NCBI RefSeq assembly: GCF_036365525.1
Contig: NC_090391.1
Span: 61,152,591-61,216,590, forward strand
DNA: 64,000 bases
Direction: 5' to 3'
Source: Heterodontus francisci
Taxonomy: Eukaryota
The position numbers were made by a program, and so were the translations under genes. The notes below the pieces were generated by a model that saw only the letters and a program-made list of their open reading frames with translations, was not told the origin of the DNA and did not search any database. Below are positions 60,578 to 64,000 of this stretch, in pieces (position 1 is the stretch's first letter; each line of letters starts with the position of its first letter).

Positions 60578-62990
60578 AGAGCTAGAACAGTGATCAGTCA
60601 TGTATTAGATGATCATCAAGAGAAGTCCATATATTTCGCGTTATATATGTCAAACTACAGTGCAAGTAACTATGTGCAGATAGAAGAAAAGCAGTTTAAG
60701 GCACAGCCATCAATGGGGCAGTGATTACTAGCAGGGATACTCAAGAGACCAGGATTAATGCAGCATAGAGACCCTGGAGGGTGGTACGGACTGGAGGAGG
60801 TTTTAGAGAATGGAAGTGCTTTAGGCACTGGTGGATGTGACAAAGAATGGAAGCGTTGTCGGGTCTGGAGGACGTTGAAGAGATTTTAAGGGTCATAGAG
60901 GCAGGAGGGGGTCACAGAGATAAGGAATGTTATACTGCTGGAGAGATTACAGGGATCGTAGTGAGGTCATACCGGAATGTGCAACCAAGGATAACAATTT
61001 TAAAGTGACGTTTTGCTTGCCTGGGTGACCAGGTCGTTCAGCAAGAAAAAGGCAGGATGGGTTACCAGGGCAAGGTTGGCACAGTGGCGCGGTGGTTAGC
61101 ACTACAGCTCCAGTGACCCGGGTTTGGCTCAGGTTACCGCCTGTATGGGATTTGCAAGTTCTCCCTGTGACCGCGTGGGTTTCCGCCTCGTGCTCCGGTT
61201 TCCTCCCACAGCCAAAGACTTGCAATTGATAGGTAAATTGGCCATTGTAAATTGCCCCTAGTATAGGTCGGTGGTAGGAGAATTGAGGGAAGGTGGGGGT
61301 GTGGTAGGGGATATGGGATTAATGTAGGGTTAGTATAAATGGGTGGTTGATGGTCGGCAGAGACTCGGTGGGCTGAAGGGCTTGTTTCAGTCCTGTATCT
61401 CTCGATGACTTGGTGTAAGTGAGGATGCAGGCAGCAGGGTTTTGAATGTCCCCACGTTTCCAGATGATAGAATGTCTGATGCTGGCCACAAGTTTGTTGG
61501 AATAGTCAAGGCAAAAGGGAATAATGGCAGTATGATGGTTTGATCAGTAAATGAGCTGCGTCGGTGCTGAATTGGGGCAACGTTAGAGAGGTTGACGTAT
61601 TTGGTCTTAGTGGTGGTTTGGATATGTTGTCAGATCGTCGTCGTCGAAACAAATTTAAGTTTGAACATTTTGGTTTGGTATCAGTCTGCAGCCAAGATGA
61701 AGGATCGAACACAGAATAGAGCAGTGATAACAGTACAGGTACAAGAAGAGAAGCAGTAATAAGTGACATCCTAGCTATGATTCGATAAAGACGAATTTGG
61801 ATGGTAGTGGAGAGACTTTGGAAAGGATGGTGCAGTCTATAGTATCACAGGCCGCAGAGAGATCGAGTATGACAAGGGGGTTTAGTTTAAATTTGTCACA
61901 GTCAGTGATATAGGGTGTCATTTATGACGTTAATTAGAGACCTTTTGATGTTGTGCTGGGGCGAGAACCAGATGATAAGTTTTCAAACATGGTATTTCGG
62001 GAAACGTGAGCACGGATTTGAGAGTAGCAACATGTTCAGGGACTTTGGATGGGATAACAAGGCGGGAGGTAGCAAGTTTTTTTTTGAGTGGTGTGTTGAT
62101 AACGGCAGAGTTCAAGGAGTGAATGAAAGTACCTGAGGAGAGAGCACTGTTAACAGTATCAGCTACCATGGAACAGGAAGGGACGCTGCACTGTCCATCC
62201 CAACTACCGCCCAGCTGAGTGGCCACGTCTTTTATTTACATGTGGGATGTGGGCATCGCGAACCAGTCTGAAGCACGTCAGAATGTCAGATTATCTCAAG
62301 GGAATTCGGGAGCCAGGTCGCTTTCTACAACAAACGTCAATGATTTAATGGTCACCATTAGACTGGCATTTAATTCCAGATTTTTTCGATGAATTCAAAT
62401 GCAGCCTTCTGCCGCGGTCGTATTTGAATGCAAGTCGCACTGCATTAAACTGGTCTCTGGATTACTAGTCCTCTGACATTGCTACCATGCCACCTCCTTG
62501 ATACTATGTATATTCGTTAACGTGCCGAGCCTGGCCCCACTCGCTCGATCATAGTCCCGTCTCCTCACCAGAACTCCTCGGCAGTGTTTGTCTGGGTGCA
62601 AATCCCCCAACACTACCATTTGGCACAGGGGGAGTGTGGATGTGAGAGAGAGAGGAAGAGACAGATGGCTGTGATTGTTTGGAGGAATGTTTTGGAGGCA
62701 TCATCAATAAAGTGTCGCACAAATAAAACAGATGACAAAAATCAATTAACCTGAGATTTCAAACATCTGTAGCATTTTTATTTTCTGGAAAGACACGCTG
62801 GTTTTATGAATTTGAGTGAGGAGCTGAGAATAAATCGTGCAGATGGAGGTGAGGTTATAACTGCTGTTTCCCTTCTGGCCGGCAAGGGGCTCTCTGTCTC
62901 CCCACTGCCTTTTTGCATTGGGTCCTCTAAAGTTCACTTGGTGACTGCGGTGCTTCTGCTTTCTGGAGCGTATGACCACCCACAAATCAA
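60578..62990 (+). repeat. Segmental duplication, copy B (paralogous to 19830-23874)
   Basis: Same Gypsy-L2-SINE-unique sequence order; has empty sites where copy A carries the CR1 and the Penelope. Confidence 0.85.
61074..61410 (+). mobile_element. Diverged HE1-like V-SINE, specific to copy B
   Basis: A box, V-domain and stem-loop tail. Confidence 0.85.
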
Positions 62991-62994
62991 GACA

Positions 62995-64000
62995 CCCGAG
63001 ACACTACATGGGTAGTGGCTCCCACCAACCCTCCTCCTCTAACCAAAAAAAAGGACTCGGTGGTGTGCAGATAAGGTAAATCTTTTTCTATTTGTCTTTT
63101 TTTTAATCGTGTGATTGGTAAAAACTTTTCGTTCCTTTTTCATTTAACTAAATTAAGCTTAAGATTAAAAATGGCATGAGATCTCAGACCCGTGTCATGC
63201 ACCTCTTGCTCAATGTGGGAGCTCAGGGACACGGCTGATCTCCCTGACTCCTTCATGTGCAGGAAGTGTGTCCAGCTGCAGCTCTTGTTTGACCGCATGA
63301 CGGCTCTGGAGCTGTGGATGGACTCACTTTGGAGCATGCGCGATGCTGAGGAGGTCGTGGATAGCACGTTGAGCGAATTGGTCACACCGCAGATTAGGAT
63401 TGCTGAGGGAGAAAGGGAATGGGTGACCAAAAGGCAGAGAAAGAGCTGGAAGGCAGCGCAGGAGTCCCCTGCGGTCATCTCCCTCCAAAACAAGTATACC
63501 ATTTTGGATACTGTTGAGGGAGATGGCTCACCAGGGGAAGGCAGCAGTAGCCAGGTTCATGGCACCGTGGCTGGCTCTGCTGTTCAGAAGGGCGGGAAAA
63601 AGAGTGTAAGGGCTACAGTCGTAGGGGATTCGATTGTAAGGGGAGTAGACAGGCGGTTCTGTGGTCGAAAACGAGGCTCCCGAATGGTATGTTGCCTCCC
63701 AGGTGCACGGGTCAGGGATGTCTCAGATCGGCTGCAGAACATTCCAAAGGGGGAGAGTGAACAGCCAGTTGTCATTGTGCACACAGGCACCAATGATATA
63801 GGTAAAAAACGGGATGAGGTCCTACAAGCAGAGTTTAGGGAGTTAGGAGCCAAGTTAAAAAGCAGGATCTCAGAGGTAGCAATCTCAGGATTGCTACCAG
63901 TGCCACGTGATAGTCAGAGTAAAAATGAAAGAATAGTCAGGATGAATGCGTGGCTTGAGAGATGGTGCAGGAAGGAGGGGTTCAGATTTTTGGGACATTG
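62995..64000 (+). mobile_element. CR1 5' UTR and ORF1 (stop at codon 3); runs off the right window edge
   Basis: ATG GCA TGA at 63171, then DLRPVSCTSCSMWELR...C.KC, VVGDSIVR, VHTGTNDIG. Confidence 0.9.

Noticed and set aside
62995-63080. CR1 5' module as an HDV-like or twister ribozyme
   Set aside because: Despite CCTCCTC, I could not build the P1/P1.1/P2/P3/P4 nested pseudoknot or the twister consensus.
64-63853. The many 60-200 aa ORFs antisense or frameshifted over CR1, RTE, Penelope and SINE copies
   Set aside because: They are shadow frames of TE sequence, and near-identical peptides recur wherever the repeat recurs.

Overview
Eukaryotic, retrotransposon-dominated vertebrate DNA, most likely from an elasmobranch (shark): it carries HE1-type V-SINEs, their partner CR1 LINEs and a GPR139-like receptor of the kind expanded in cartilaginous fish. 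Most of the window is nested CR1, L2, RTE, Tx1/L1, Penelope, Gypsy and ERV-like remnants, plus SINEs and decayed minisatellites. One host gene can be fully reconstructed: a two-exon, minus-strand class A GPCR of 325 aa (exon 1 34069-34003, 9.1-kb intron, exon 2 24893-23983, TATA box at 34157-34163). The ORF track gives it the wrong N-terminus. Its 3' flank (about 19.8-23.9 kb) is duplicated at about 60.6-63.0 kb, which predicts a paralogue just beyond the window. Other notable features: three Penelope insertions with 14-16 bp TSDs and minimal hammerhead motifs, one forming a 98-bp-arm palindrome and one whose TSD supplies an in-frame ATG to an intact GIY-YIG ORF; an 11.3-kb nested Tx1 insertion with a 13-bp TSD inside a ~67-bp minisatellite; a full-length CR1 with 147-bp 5' monomers; a 5' hairpin module shared by two CR1 subfamilies; and a candidate first exon encoding a mitochondrial-presequence-like peptide. 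All calls were made by eye. TE boundaries are approximate unless TSDs are given.
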